Part shown: positions 40,188 to 49,778 of the stretch, one piece after another
Layout: the number at the start of each line of letters is the position of its first letter
Numbering within the stretch: the first letter of the stretch is position 1
DNA from: Pedobacter sp. R-06
GTDB taxonomy: Bacteria > Bacteroidota > Bacteroidia > Sphingobacteriales > Sphingobacteriaceae
Reading direction: 5' to 3'
Assembly: GCF_049913135.1 (NCBI RefSeq)
Contig: NZ_CP183977.1
Location: forward strand, 4,400,053 to 4,464,052
Length of the DNA: 64,000 bases
Position numbers and translations under genes: made by a program
Notes under the pieces: generated by a model
Seen by the model: the letters and a program-made list of their open reading frames with translations, nothing else
The model's database searches: none
What the model was told of the DNA's origin: nothing

Positions 40188-40745
40188 GTATCAATATTTT
40201 TTTTGTGCAAAGCTAATATTATTGAACTGGAATTCAAATCTAAAACCATATTATTTAGTCCGTTTTTTCAGGAAAATGTAAGGAAATGCTTTATGGCAGC
40301 TATAGCCCGCCATAGGCTTTATTCAGAAGTAAAGTTGAGACCGCCTTTATAGCGCTTAGGTATAAAAAATAAATCCTTTTTGTGCCACATCATGAGCAAG
40401 CCTTTCGGTTATAAACCTAACAGGAACGGGCATCCCGATTTTTCATCGGGATAAAGTGGATGGCAGGGCTTCACTTGCTAAGAACCACAGTGCATTCGTT
40501 TTCAAATCAAAAATATTAAGGGTTAGGGTAAGGAAATGAGCAGTCCTATGCTTTTGGCGGGCTGCACTCCCGCTCTCCGTTACTCCCGACGTAAAGTCGG
40601 GACCACTACGATCGGGCTTAGTAACAAAGTGCTGATGCTTGTGGCAACATCCATGCAAAACGCCTAAATTTACCTTTTGAGCGAAAAGACTAAAGACCAA
40701 AGCGGAAAGTCTAAAAACCCAGACAAAACTTAAGCCAATTATAAA

Positions 40746-41180
40746 ATGTATATGATCAAGAAGCTAATCCCAATCGTAACCATTTTTGCTGCGACCTTTA
40801 TTTCAGTTAAGGTCAGCGCCCAAAGTACCGATACGAGTAAATATATCCTTCAAAATGATATTGAAGTAGCTAAGGAGGAACCCGGCACGCACAATGGAGG
40901 CGGTAAAACCATTGGCTTTAACTTTTTTAGTGAGGCCAAAAGTCTGAAAACAGTATTTAAAAAACGTACTTTAAAATCGGGCTCTGCTATAGGCTATCAT
41001 TTGCAGAAAGAGGATGAAATTTATTATGTGATTAGCGGAAATGGAACCATGCAAATGAATGGAAAAACCTTTCCGGTTAAACCAGGTGATGCGATTCTAA
41101 CCCGCCCCGGCAGTTCGCATGGTATTGCCCCAAATGCGGGTAACGACTTGACTATTCTGATTGTTTACGAGAAGAAATGA
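40746..41180 (+). CDS. cupin domain-containing protein, secreted
   Basis: Signal peptide. Cupin motif (GYHLQKEDEIYYVISGNG...PGSSHGI). 144 aa. Confidence 0.65.
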   Translation: MYMIKKLIPIVTIFAATFISVKVSAQSTDTSKYILQNDIEVAKEEPGTHNGGGKTIGFNFFSEAKSLKTVFKKRTLKSGSAIGYHLQKEDEIYYVISGNGTMQMNGKTFPVKPGDAILTRPGSSHGIAPNAGNDLTILIVYEKK

Positions 41181-41241
41181 TGATATTCGGATTGTAGGGA
41201 GATGATACAGTTTAACTATTGCACTAATTTTCATCCCCCAG

Positions 41242-41257
41242 CCCCCTTCGAAGGGGG
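41242..41257 (+). promoter_or_regulatory. perfect 16-bp GC palindrome cccccttcgaaggggg in the cupin-VIT1 intergenic region
   Basis: 5-bp G:C stem with a ttcgaa loop. Lies 60 bp after the cupin stop and 38 bp before the VIT1 start. No U-tract. Confidence 0.35.
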
Positions 41258-41294
41258 ACGTTGAATACTACAAGTACAGCATATGTAACCAAAA

Positions 41295-41984
41295 ATGGAA
41301 TTAGAAAAACATTATACCAATAGAACGGGTTGGCTAAGGGCGGCAGTGCTTGGGGCCAACGATGGCATTATTTCTACAGCCAGTTTAGTTATTGGTATTG
41401 CCGCAGCGAGTAATACCAGAAGTCCGATTGTATTGGCGGCACTGGCCGGTTTGGTTGCCGGAGCATTATCTATGGCCGCTGGCGAATATGTTTCGGTAAG
41501 TTCTCAGTCCGACATTGAAAAAGCAGATCTTGCCCGCGAGAAAATAGAACTCGAAACCATGCCCGAATTGGAACTGAAAGAGCTTGCTAAGATATATGTT
41601 GCGCAGGGGCTTGATGAAGATTTGGCCATGCAGGTAGCGATAAAATTGACCGAGAAAGATGCCTTAGGCACACATGCCAGAGATGAACTGGGTATTAACG
41701 AAATAACACAGCCAAAACCACTTCAAGCTGCTTTTGCATCGGGCGCATCTTTTATCAGCGGTGGTATCCTGCCTTTTTTGGTTGCCTTTCTTGCCCCGAT
41801 AAAATTGATGGTATTTTATCAGTATGGTTTTGCTATTGTATTCTTAGCATTGTCGGGCGCCATTGCAGCAAAGGCAGGGGGCTCTAGCATGATTAAAGGA
41901 ATATTGCGGATTTGTTTCTGGGGAACGGTGGCCATGGTAGTAACCGCTCTGGCGGGGTATATTTTCGAGGCAAAAACGAAGTAA
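41295..41984 (+). CDS. VIT1/CCC1 family iron/manganese transporter
   Basis: GWLRAAVLGANDGIISTASLVIGIAAAS. 229 aa with about 5 TM helices. Confidence 0.8.
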   Translation: MELEKHYTNRTGWLRAAVLGANDGIISTASLVIGIAAASNTRSPIVLAALAGLVAGALSMAAGEYVSVSSQSDIEKADLAREKIELETMPELELKELAKIYVAQGLDEDLAMQVAIKLTEKDALGTHARDELGINEITQPKPLQAAFASGASFISGGILPFLVAFLAPIKLMVFYQYGFAIVFLALSGAIAAKAGGSSMIKGILRICFWGTVAMVVTALAGYIFEAKTK

Positions 41985-42003
41985 TGGCTTTGCTTAATCT
42001 CTT

Positions 42004-42127
42004 GTCATTCTGAATTTATTTTATTGGCAGTTTTTATTGTTTTAAAGGTCCAATAGCTACGTTGTGGTCAGAATCTTTAAAATGCTATTCTAATCAAAAT
42101 AGACCCTGAAATAAATTCAGGGTGACG
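42004..42127. repeat. family-2 repeat pair (gtcattctgaatttatttt ... gaccctgaaataaattcagggtgacg)
   Basis: The 42102-42127 unit is identical to the unit at 30889-30914. Confidence 0.65.
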
Positions 42128-42235
42128 AGTAGGCAAAGAACAATTTAAATCCAGAAACAATTCCCAAAAAAGATACAAACATAAAGCCAGACTAACTTTA
42201 ATCGTTAATCCAGCTTTGCTTTACTATTTATCAGA

Positions 42236-43252
42236 CTAAAGACTTTTCGCTTCAGGCTTAGCACTATCTGCTTTAGGTTTCGGCTCAGTTTTCCAAGCTT
42301 TTACCCATTCGGCCTGTGCAGCTTCATCATGAAAGGTCCATGCTACGAAACGGCTTATTTTTTGTCCCTGGCTCATTTGAACGGTGGTTACCTCAAAAGC
42401 ATTTGCTTTAACCAATGCGCTGTAGATACTTTTTAAGTTGGCACTTTTTGATACCAATGACGTAAACCATAACACCTGATTTTTGATCTGCTCGCTCTGG
42501 ATAATCATCTGCTCTACAAAAGCACGCTCGCCACCCGGGCACCAAAGCTCTGCCTTGTTTCCTCCAAAGTTTAATACGTGTTTTACTTCTTTTTCGTTAC
42601 CACCCAGATTACGCCATTTCTGACGGGTACCTTGCTCGGCTTCTTTTAAAGAGGCATGAAACGGTGGATTACAAACTACGGCATCGAACCTTTCTTTGCC
42701 ACCAACAACACCTCTAAAAATACCCATTTTTGAAGATTGCTGACGGATTTCTACTGCCCCTTGTAATGGTTTATTGGCTTCGATAATACGCTTTGCAGAA
42801 TCGACAGAAAGTGGATCGATCTCAGAACCTACGAAACTCCAGCCATATTCCTGATGACCAATAATCGGGTAAATACAATTGGCACCTACACCAATATCCA
42901 ATACATTAATATTAACCCCTTTAGGGTTTTTACCTTTATTGCTTGATCCTAATAGATCGGCAACATAGTGAATATAATCGGCCCGGCCTGGAATAGGCGG
43001 ACAAAGAAAATCCTGAGGAATATCCCATTGTGAAATGTTATAGAAATATTTCAACAATGCCCTATTAAGTGCTTTAACGGCGCTTTGATCTGCAAAATCG
43101 ATAGAATCATCATTGTGTTCGTTTTTAAAAACGAAACGTTTTAATTCTTTTGAGGTTGCAATAAGTTGTTTGAAATTGTAACGCGAACGGTGTTTGTTGC
43201 GTGGGTGTAACTCGCTTTTTTCTTTGCGGTTATTTTGTTCTTCTTGAGCCAA
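42236..43252 (-). CDS. rlmF: 23S rRNA (adenine(1618)-N6)-methyltransferase
   Basis: 338 aa. NPPFH catalytic motif (VVCNPPFHAS). SAM-binding DIGVGANCIYP. Confidence 0.8.
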   Translation of the reverse strand: MAQEEQNNRKEKSELHPRNKHRSRYNFKQLIATSKELKRFVFKNEHNDDSIDFADQSAVKALNRALLKYFYNISQWDIPQDFLCPPIPGRADYIHYVADLLGSSNKGKNPKGVNINVLDIGVGANCIYPIIGHQEYGWSFVGSEIDPLSVDSAKRIIEANKPLQGAVEIRQQSSKMGIFRGVVGGKERFDAVVCNPPFHASLKEAEQGTRQKWRNLGGNEKEVKHVLNFGGNKAELWCPGGERAFVEQMIIQSEQIKNQVLWFTSLVSKSANLKSIYSALVKANAFEVTTVQMSQGQKISRFVAWTFHDEAAQAEWVKAWKTEPKPKADSAKPEAKSL

Positions 43253-43308
43253 TGTGCTGTGGATTAATTAAACAAGCTGTGTGCATGTTTCTGGCACAAA
43301 GGTACATA

Positions 43309-43350
43309 AAAAGGTTGAAGGTGTGAAGGCTGAGGGTAGAAGGCTTTTGC
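43309..43350. repeat. family-3 hairpin repeat module
   Basis: aaaaaggttgaaggtgtgaaggctgagggtagaaggctttt. Confidence 0.45.
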
Positions 43351-43463
43351 ATGTGCTATAAAAACAAAAATTTACGATAACATAAATACAAGAAATTTTC
43401 CGTGATTTCTGTGCTTCCATGGCTAAATTATCTGCACCCAGAACTGAAAACTCACAACTACAC

Positions 43464-44750
43464 CTACACCTCCTCTGCTTTTTCTATCATTGCAGGCTGA
43501 ATAGCTTTCTGATACTTTGCCTCATCAAACTGCTTTTCACTTTTAGCAATTACGATGGTAGCTACGCCATTTCCGATTACATTGGTTATAGCCCTTGCTT
43601 CGCTCATAAAACGGTCTACACCAATTAATATGGAGATATGTTCAATAGGCATAATTTTCAAAGCTGTTAATGTTGATACCAAAACGATAAAACCACTTCC
43701 TGTTACCCCAGCTGCACCTTTCGAAGTAACCATGAGCACGCCTAAAACCGTAATCTGCTGTCCTAAGGATAAATCGACATGGAAAACCTGACAAAGAAAT
43801 ATAACGGCCATGGCCAGGTAAATTGCCGTTCCATCAAGATTAAAAGAATAGCCTGTAGGAATAACCAAACCAACAACTGATTTATCGCAACCAATGGCCT
43901 CCATTTTCTGCATCATGCTTGGCAGGGCCGACTCTGAAGAAGAAGTACCCAGCACGATTAAAATTTCCTGTCGGATATACTTCAAGTATTGCCAAAGGCT
44001 AAATTTGTAGTACATGCAAATTCCATTTAAAACAATAAAAATGAACAAGATGCAGGTTAAATAAACCGAGCCCATTAGTTTAGCCATGCCCACTATGCTT
44101 TCCAGACCATGTGTACCAATACTGAAAGCCATCCCTCCGAAAGCCCCGATTGGCGCTAAACGCATAATTACCTTCATAATTTTGAAGAGTACTTTAGATA
44201 TTTTATCGAAGGCATTTAAAACGCTTATTCCCTCTCCGCCAAGTTTATTCAGCCCATAACCAAAAAGAATTGCAAACAGCAAAATCTGTAAAATGTTTCC
44301 CTCAGCAAAAGCAGCAATCACATTATGTGGAATAATATGCAGAAAGAATTCTGCCCAGTTCATATCTTTAGCTTGCTCGGCATAACCTACAATTTTTGTA
44401 GCATCACCAGCCTTAGTTATCACTCCGGCACCTGGCTTTAAAACATTGGCCACCAATAAACCAATTGCAATAGCTACTGTGCTTACAATTTCGAAATATA
44501 ACAATGCTTTGCCACCTACCCTGCCTACTTTTTTCATATCGCCCATGTGCGCGATTCCTAAAACAATGGTAAAGAATATAATTGGTGCAATTAACATGCT
44601 AATCAGGTTGATAAAACCCTGACTGATTAATTTAGCCGTAGGCGCAAAACCCGGGAAGAAAATCCCAACATTAATCCCGATTATGATGGCTATGATAACC
44701 TGAAAGGTTAAATTGGCAAATAATTTCTTTACGAATTCTATAAATGTCAT
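43464..44750 (-). CDS. dicarboxylate/amino acid:cation symporter (DAACS family, DctA/GltP-like)
   Basis: 428 aa with about 8-10 TM helices. N-terminal FQVIIAIIIGINVGIFFPGF characteristic of this family. Confidence 0.8.
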   Translation of the reverse strand: MTFIEFVKKLFANLTFQVIIAIIIGINVGIFFPGFAPTAKLISQGFINLISMLIAPIIFFTIVLGIAHMGDMKKVGRVGGKALLYFEIVSTVAIAIGLLVANVLKPGAGVITKAGDATKIVGYAEQAKDMNWAEFFLHIIPHNVIAAFAEGNILQILLFAILFGYGLNKLGGEGISVLNAFDKISKVLFKIMKVIMRLAPIGAFGGMAFSIGTHGLESIVGMAKLMGSVYLTCILFIFIVLNGICMYYKFSLWQYLKYIRQEILIVLGTSSSESALPSMMQKMEAIGCDKSVVGLVIPTGYSFNLDGTAIYLAMAVIFLCQVFHVDLSLGQQITVLGVLMVTSKGAAGVTGSGFIVLVSTLTALKIMPIEHISILIGVDRFMSEARAITNVIGNGVATIVIAKSEKQFDEAKYQKAIQPAMIEKAEEV

Positions 44751-44805
44751 CTTTATTTTTTTAGGTGTTTTGGCTTACTATTGAATAGGCAATCTTAAAA
44801 TAATT

Positions 44806-45831
44806 TTATTTATAAATACTGACTTCAATTTTCCCGTCGGCAGTAATTGCGCCTCTATACATTCCCTCGGTATTAAAGGGCATAGTCATATTTCCTTTTT
44901 TATCTAAAGCAATTAAACCACCGTCGCCACCCATTTTACCTACTTTATCTAAAGCAATTTTCGATGCTTCTGCAACAGATAATCCCTTATATTCCATTAA
45001 ATCGGAAATGGTTTTGGCTACCACATTTCGGATATAAAATTCGCCCCAACCTGTACAGGAAATTCCGGCTGTTTCGTTATTGCAATAAGTACCTGCACCA
45101 ATAATCGGCGCATCGCCCACACGTCCATATTTTTTGTTTGTCATACCACCGGTTGAAGTTCCCGCGGCCAGATTTCCAGCCTGATCTAAAGCCACGCAGC
45201 CCACTGTACCGAATTTGTAATCGTGATTTTTAATTCCAAATAATTCCGATTTCTTGCTGCCATGATCTAACACCGCTTTGGTAGAATCCTCCTTAATCGC
45301 TTTTTGTAAACCATCCCAACGTTCTTTAGTCCAGAAGTATTTTGGATCTACAATTTCCAATCCGGCTTCTTTAGCAAACTGCTCAGCACCTGCGCCAACC
45401 ATCATTACATGTTCCGATTTTTCCATCACGGCCCTAGCTGCAGAAATTGGATTTTTTATCGTAGTTAATCCAGCAACGGATCCCGCCATTAAGGTTTTCC
45501 CATCCATTATTGCGGCGTCGAGCTCATTTCTGCCATCATGTGTAAAAACAGCACCTTTGCCAGCATTAAAATGAGGATCGTTTTCTAAAACATGAATGGT
45601 TGCTTCAACAGCATCGAGGCTCGATTTACCTGCTTTAATTTCTGAATAACCTGCATTTAGTGCTTTTGTTAAAGCATCGATATAAGCAGCCTCTTTTTCG
45701 GGACTCATATTCTTTTTGAGAATAGTGCCGGCACCACCGTGAATAACCATTATGTATTTTTTCTGCTGTGCAGAAACCTGCAAGGCTAAAGCCGAAAACA
45801 AGAATAGGGCAAGTAATTTTAACCGTTTCAT
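44806..45831 (-). CDS. isoaspartyl peptidase/L-asparaginase (Ntn-hydrolase, plant-type), secreted
   Basis: Signal peptide. YIMVIHGGAGT. Autoproteolytic/nucleophile GTVGCVALD. 341 aa. Confidence 0.8.
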   Translation of the reverse strand: MKRLKLLALFLFSALALQVSAQQKKYIMVIHGGAGTILKKNMSPEKEAAYIDALTKALNAGYSEIKAGKSSLDAVEATIHVLENDPHFNAGKGAVFTHDGRNELDAAIMDGKTLMAGSVAGLTTIKNPISAARAVMEKSEHVMMVGAGAEQFAKEAGLEIVDPKYFWTKERWDGLQKAIKEDSTKAVLDHGSKKSELFGIKNHDYKFGTVGCVALDQAGNLAAGTSTGGMTNKKYGRVGDAPIIGAGTYCNNETAGISCTGWGEFYIRNVVAKTISDLMEYKGLSVAEASKIALDKVGKMGGDGGLIALDKKGNMTMPFNTEGMYRGAITADGKIEVSIYK

Positions 45832-45888
45832 CTTCCTATTGGGTTTAAGAAGCCGTTAAATTAAGAAAATCCTTGAGAATAAGTACGT

Positions 45889-47658
45889 TTAAACTTTAGC
45901 TATTCCTTTTGACGAGAACTGCAGATCGTAAAGCTTTTTATAGTAGCCATTTAATTTTAACAGCTGTTGATGCGTTCCTTTTTCTTTAATCTCACCCTTA
46001 TCAAGCACAATAATCTGATCGGCCTTTTGAATAGTGGATAAACGGTGGGCAATTACAATTGAGGTACGGTCTTCCATTAAGTTATCAATAGCCTTCTGGA
46101 TCAATAATTCTGTTTCGGTATCAACTGACGAAGTGGCCTCATCTAAAACCAAAATAGCCGGATTATGCACCAGCGCACGGATAAACGAAATCAATTGTGC
46201 CTGACCAGCTGAGAGCGTAGCACCTCTTTCCATTACATTATATTGATAGCCACCCGGTAAACGTTCGATAAAATCGTGCGCACCAACCTTTTTAGCAGCA
46301 TTCACCACTTCTTCGATGGTAATTTCAGGATTATTTAGCGTAATGTTATTTAAAATTGTATCCGAAAACAAGAAAACATCCTGAAGTACAGTAGCAATGT
46401 GGCTTCTTAAGTAGTCCAGGTCAAAATCTTCGATATGAATTCCATCAACCGTAATATCTCCCTTTTTCACTTCGTAAAAACGGTTCAGGATATTAATGGT
46501 AGAAGATTTACCAGCACCTGTAGCACCTACCAAGGCCACAGTTTCGCCAGCCTTCACTTCAAATGTAAGGTCTTTCAACACGTAGTTCTCGTCGTTATAG
46601 GCAAACCAAACCTTCTCGAATTTAATATTTCCTTCTAATTTGGCTGGCTTTTGCGTGCCCGTATTTGGCGTAGTTTCATCAGTATCCAGAACTTTAAAAA
46701 CACGTTCGGCGCCAACCATCCCCATCTGTAGCGTATTAAATTTATCTGCCAGCTGACGGATCGGCGTAAATACCATACCCAAATACATAATAAACTGCGT
46801 GATGGTTCCGGGGGTTACATCCAATGGTTTAGAAAGAATACTTTTTGCACCGTACCACACCAATAATCCCAACGACATGGCTGAGATTAACTCCACTACG
46901 GGAAAAAAAATAGAATAATACCAGTTAGAGCGGATATTGGCATCACGGTATCGTTTGTTAATGGCGTAGAATTTTCTGTACTCCTGCTTCTCTCTTGCAA
47001 AGTACTGCACAATAGAAACGCCGGTAATATGCTCCTGTAAAAAGGTGTTCAGGTTAGAAACCTCATTCCTGATTTCCTGAAACGCCACTTTAATTGCTTT
47101 CTGGAATTTTCGGGTAGCAATAATCAACAACGGAATAGGCAAAAGCACAACTAAACTCAATTGCCAATCGGTATACAACATTACGCACACAATCACCACT
47201 ACCTGCAAACTATCGCCGATCATCGAGATTAAGCCTTCTGAAAAGATATCGGCAATGGTTTCCAAATCTGAAACCGTTCGGGTAATTAATTGTCCGATAG
47301 GTGTTTTATCGAAGAACTTTAGGCGGAGTTTCGTAATGTGGTTAAAAACATTGATCCGCAGATCGCGGATAACCGATTGCCCCAGGGTATTGGTTAAAAG
47401 TGTATGGTTATACTGGATCAAAGTCTGCAAAATCAACATAAAAACCATCAGCATGGTCATATTTACCAAACCAGAGTAATTGCCTGTTAAAATATAATGA
47501 TCGAGTGTATACTTAATCAAAAACGGACGGACCGGAGAAATGGCCGCAAGCAGAATGGTTAAAATAACCGACCACACAAAAACGCCACGGTAAGGCTTTA
47601 CATATTGAAAAATACGTTTCAGTAATCCGGTGTTGTATACGTCGCCTGTAACTGCCAT
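45889..47658 (-). CDS. ABC transporter ATP-binding protein/permease (MsbA-like exporter)
   Basis: N-terminal 6-TM domain plus C-terminal NBD: Walker A GATGAGKSS, LSAGQAQL, Walker B LVLDEATS. 589 aa. Confidence 0.85.
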   Translation of the reverse strand: MAVTGDVYNTGLLKRIFQYVKPYRGVFVWSVILTILLAAISPVRPFLIKYTLDHYILTGNYSGLVNMTMLMVFMLILQTLIQYNHTLLTNTLGQSVIRDLRINVFNHITKLRLKFFDKTPIGQLITRTVSDLETIADIFSEGLISMIGDSLQVVVIVCVMLYTDWQLSLVVLLPIPLLIIATRKFQKAIKVAFQEIRNEVSNLNTFLQEHITGVSIVQYFAREKQEYRKFYAINKRYRDANIRSNWYYSIFFPVVELISAMSLGLLVWYGAKSILSKPLDVTPGTITQFIMYLGMVFTPIRQLADKFNTLQMGMVGAERVFKVLDTDETTPNTGTQKPAKLEGNIKFEKVWFAYNDENYVLKDLTFEVKAGETVALVGATGAGKSSTINILNRFYEVKKGDITVDGIHIEDFDLDYLRSHIATVLQDVFLFSDTILNNITLNNPEITIEEVVNAAKKVGAHDFIERLPGGYQYNVMERGATLSAGQAQLISFIRALVHNPAILVLDEATSSVDTETELLIQKAIDNLMEDRTSIVIAHRLSTIQKADQIIVLDKGEIKEKGTHQQLLKLNGYYKKLYDLQFSSKGIAKV

Positions 47659-47662
47659 ACTT

Positions 47663-47795
47663 ATGGTTTAAGGTGTAAGGCTTAGGGCATAAGGCCTTAC
47701 ATTTTCTTAAAAATTTTAAATTATACTATTTTTTTTGTTGCAATTTCACTTTTCTATGGCGGTCGCTGCACCTTCCGCCTTAAACCCTTCTACCT
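47663..47795. repeat. family-3 hairpin repeat cluster
   Basis: ggtttaaggtgtaaggcttagggcataaggccttac ... ccttccgccttaaacccttctacc. Confidence 0.55.
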
Positions 47796-48602
47796 AATAT
47801 AAGGGTATTCTATTTTCACTAAGTATAAACCACAAGCAGGTACCGATTGCCCGGCATTGCTGCGGTTTTTACTTTCTATAATTGCTTTAAAATCTGTTAA
47901 ATTTATTTCTTTTTTACCGATCTGCACCAAAGTACCCATAATGGCCCTCACCATGTTGCGTAAAAAGCGGTCGGCCTGGATGGTAAAAACCAATCCATCT
48001 TCCTGTTGTTCGAAAACAGCCTTGGTTATTTTACAGTTATTGGTAAAAGTTTGTGTGTTTGATTTACTAAAACACGAAAAATCGGTATAATTTAATAACA
48101 GTGCCGCTGCATTGTTCATCGCTTCTACATCCAATTTATCTTTAAACAACCACGATCGGTTAAGTTTGAAAGGATTCTTTTCGAAGTGAAGGTAATATTT
48201 ATAAGCACGTGCAGTGGCGTCAAATCGGGCATGGGCATCATCATGTACCGGTATAATCCGTTTTGCTGCAATTTGATAAGGCAGCATGGCATTAATACCG
48301 GTTACTGCACTTAAAACCTTTGCCTCTTCTACATCTTCAACATCAAAATGCGCATAAAAATCAATAGCGTGCACGCCTGCATCAGTTCTGCCACAGCCCA
48401 AAGTTTCGATTGGTTGCCGAAAAAAAACAGACATAACCTTATCTAACAATTCCTGAACGGTGATTGCATTAGGTTGTGTTTGCCAGCCATGGTATAAGCT
48501 GCCATCATAAGCCAATTGGATGAAATACCTTTTTTTACTCAAAGCGATGCAAAAGTACTTTTTTCCTTTTATTAGATGGCCTAGTAAAGCGGAATTATAC
48601 AT
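47790..48602 (-). CDS. truA: tRNA pseudouridine(38-40) synthase
   Basis: YFIQLAYDGSLYHGWQTQPN...GRTDAGVHA catalytic Asp. The true start is probably internal or a non-ATG codon, because homologs begin near RYF. Confidence 0.8.
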   Translation of the reverse strand: MYNSALLGHLIKGKKYFCIALSKKRYFIQLAYDGSLYHGWQTQPNAITVQELLDKVMSVFFRQPIETLGCGRTDAGVHAIDFYAHFDVEDVEEAKVLSAVTGINAMLPYQIAAKRIIPVHDDAHARFDATARAYKYYLHFEKNPFKLNRSWLFKDKLDVEAMNNAAALLLNYTDFSCFSKSNTQTFTNNCKITKAVFEQQEDGLVFTIQADRFLRNMVRAIMGTLVQIGKKEINLTDFKAIIESKNRSNAGQSVPACGLYLVKIEYPYIR

Positions 48603-48680
48603 ATTTCGACTGTAAAATATTAAATAGCTAAAAAAATTATAAATTTATCATCTCTCAGAACCAGAAATCTAAAATGCGCT

Positions 48681-49199
48681 ATGAAACTCAAAAAAACCAT
48701 TATTTTATCAATTCTTTCTATTGTAATTATTTCCTGCGCTGGATCAAGGTCTGTTTCAAAAAACAGAAAACACAATAACCAATTTTCACTGGCAAAGGTT
48801 GATAGTATAAAGAATTATTTATCGGCTATATCTGACAAACCGGTAAAAGACACCGTAATCATTAAATACGATTTCAATTATGATGGCTGCTGGAATGCCC
48901 TCGATCAGCAGACTGACAACTACATCGCCAAAATTATCATATCTACAAATGATTTTATTTCTAAATATAAAATTGCACACCCAGGTACCTCGGTATATCA
49001 AATCAAGGAAAGCGGCAAAAACTTTAACAAACTTATACTTTGGAATAACAAAATCCTTAACGATGGCGGTTATTTAAGAAAAAATATCTTTACAAAAAAA
49101 GTCACCTGCGGAACATCGTTAAAATTATATCCCGATGGCACCTATAAGTTCTTTTACGGCGATTCGCACTTCATGGCATTGCAGCCAGATAAAAAATAG
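48681..49199 (+). CDS. hypothetical lipoprotein
   Basis: Signal peptide with lipobox (IISCAGS). 172 aa. Confidence 0.45.
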   Translation: MKLKKTIILSILSIVIISCAGSRSVSKNRKHNNQFSLAKVDSIKNYLSAISDKPVKDTVIIKYDFNYDGCWNALDQQTDNYIAKIIISTNDFISKYKIAHPGTSVYQIKESGKNFNKLILWNNKILNDGGYLRKNIFTKKVTCGTSLKLYPDGTYKFFYGDSHFMALQPDKK

Positions 49200-49278
49200 A
49201 TATCATTTTCATTCAGACTAAACCCTGATTGCATGCAAAAGCAATTTTAATTAAGTTTGCCTTAAATATTAAATTAAC

Positions 49279-49746
49279 ATGATACAAAGAATACAATCGA
49301 TCTGGTTTTTTTTAGGGGCATTAACCTTAGTTTTAATGTTGTTTTTACCAATTGCCACTAAAGATGTTGCCGGAACAGAATCAGCGGTATACACCACTGG
49401 TTTATATCAAACTTTAACCATTAAAGCAGGTATAAGCCTTAAAACCCAGTCTTTTCTACCTTTAATTATTACTAATATCGCTGTTGCATTTATTTGTTTA
49501 ATGAATATCTTCAACTATAAAAAAAGAAGTTTTCAAAAACGCATTGCAATTATTTCGATCATATTAATTGGTGGTTTTGCTTTTTGGTGCAGCATCTACG
49601 CAAAAAAACTACCAGGTGGCATCGAAGGTGCCAGTTTTGGTGTTGGAGCCTATCTCCCTGCTCTAGCTATTTTATTCGTTGTACTGGGCATTTTCGGCAT
49701 CAATAAAGATGAAAGATTAATCCGTTCGGCTGAAAGGTTAAGATAA
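49279..49746 (+). CDS. DUF4293-like small membrane protein
   Basis: MIQRIQSIWFFLGALTLVLMLF plus 3 more TM helices. 155 aa. Confidence 0.45.
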   Translation: MIQRIQSIWFFLGALTLVLMLFLPIATKDVAGTESAVYTTGLYQTLTIKAGISLKTQSFLPLIITNIAVAFICLMNIFNYKKRSFQKRIAIISIILIGGFAFWCSIYAKKLPGGIEGASFGVGAYLPALAILFVVLGIFGINKDERLIRSAERLR

Positions 49747-49778
49747 TTCTTTAATTCTACAGAAAATTACCTCTCCCT

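Noticed and set aside
40443-40700. 85-aa minus-strand ORF in the sucD-cupin spacer
   Set aside because: Cys/His-rich low-complexity translation of GC-rich hairpins. No homologous motif and no plausible start context.
41181-41294. yybP-ykoY (Mn2+) riboswitch upstream of the VIT1 transporter
   Set aside because: The conserved GGGGAGUAG and UUGACA…AGCAAGACC blocks are not present. Only a generic GC hairpin is seen.
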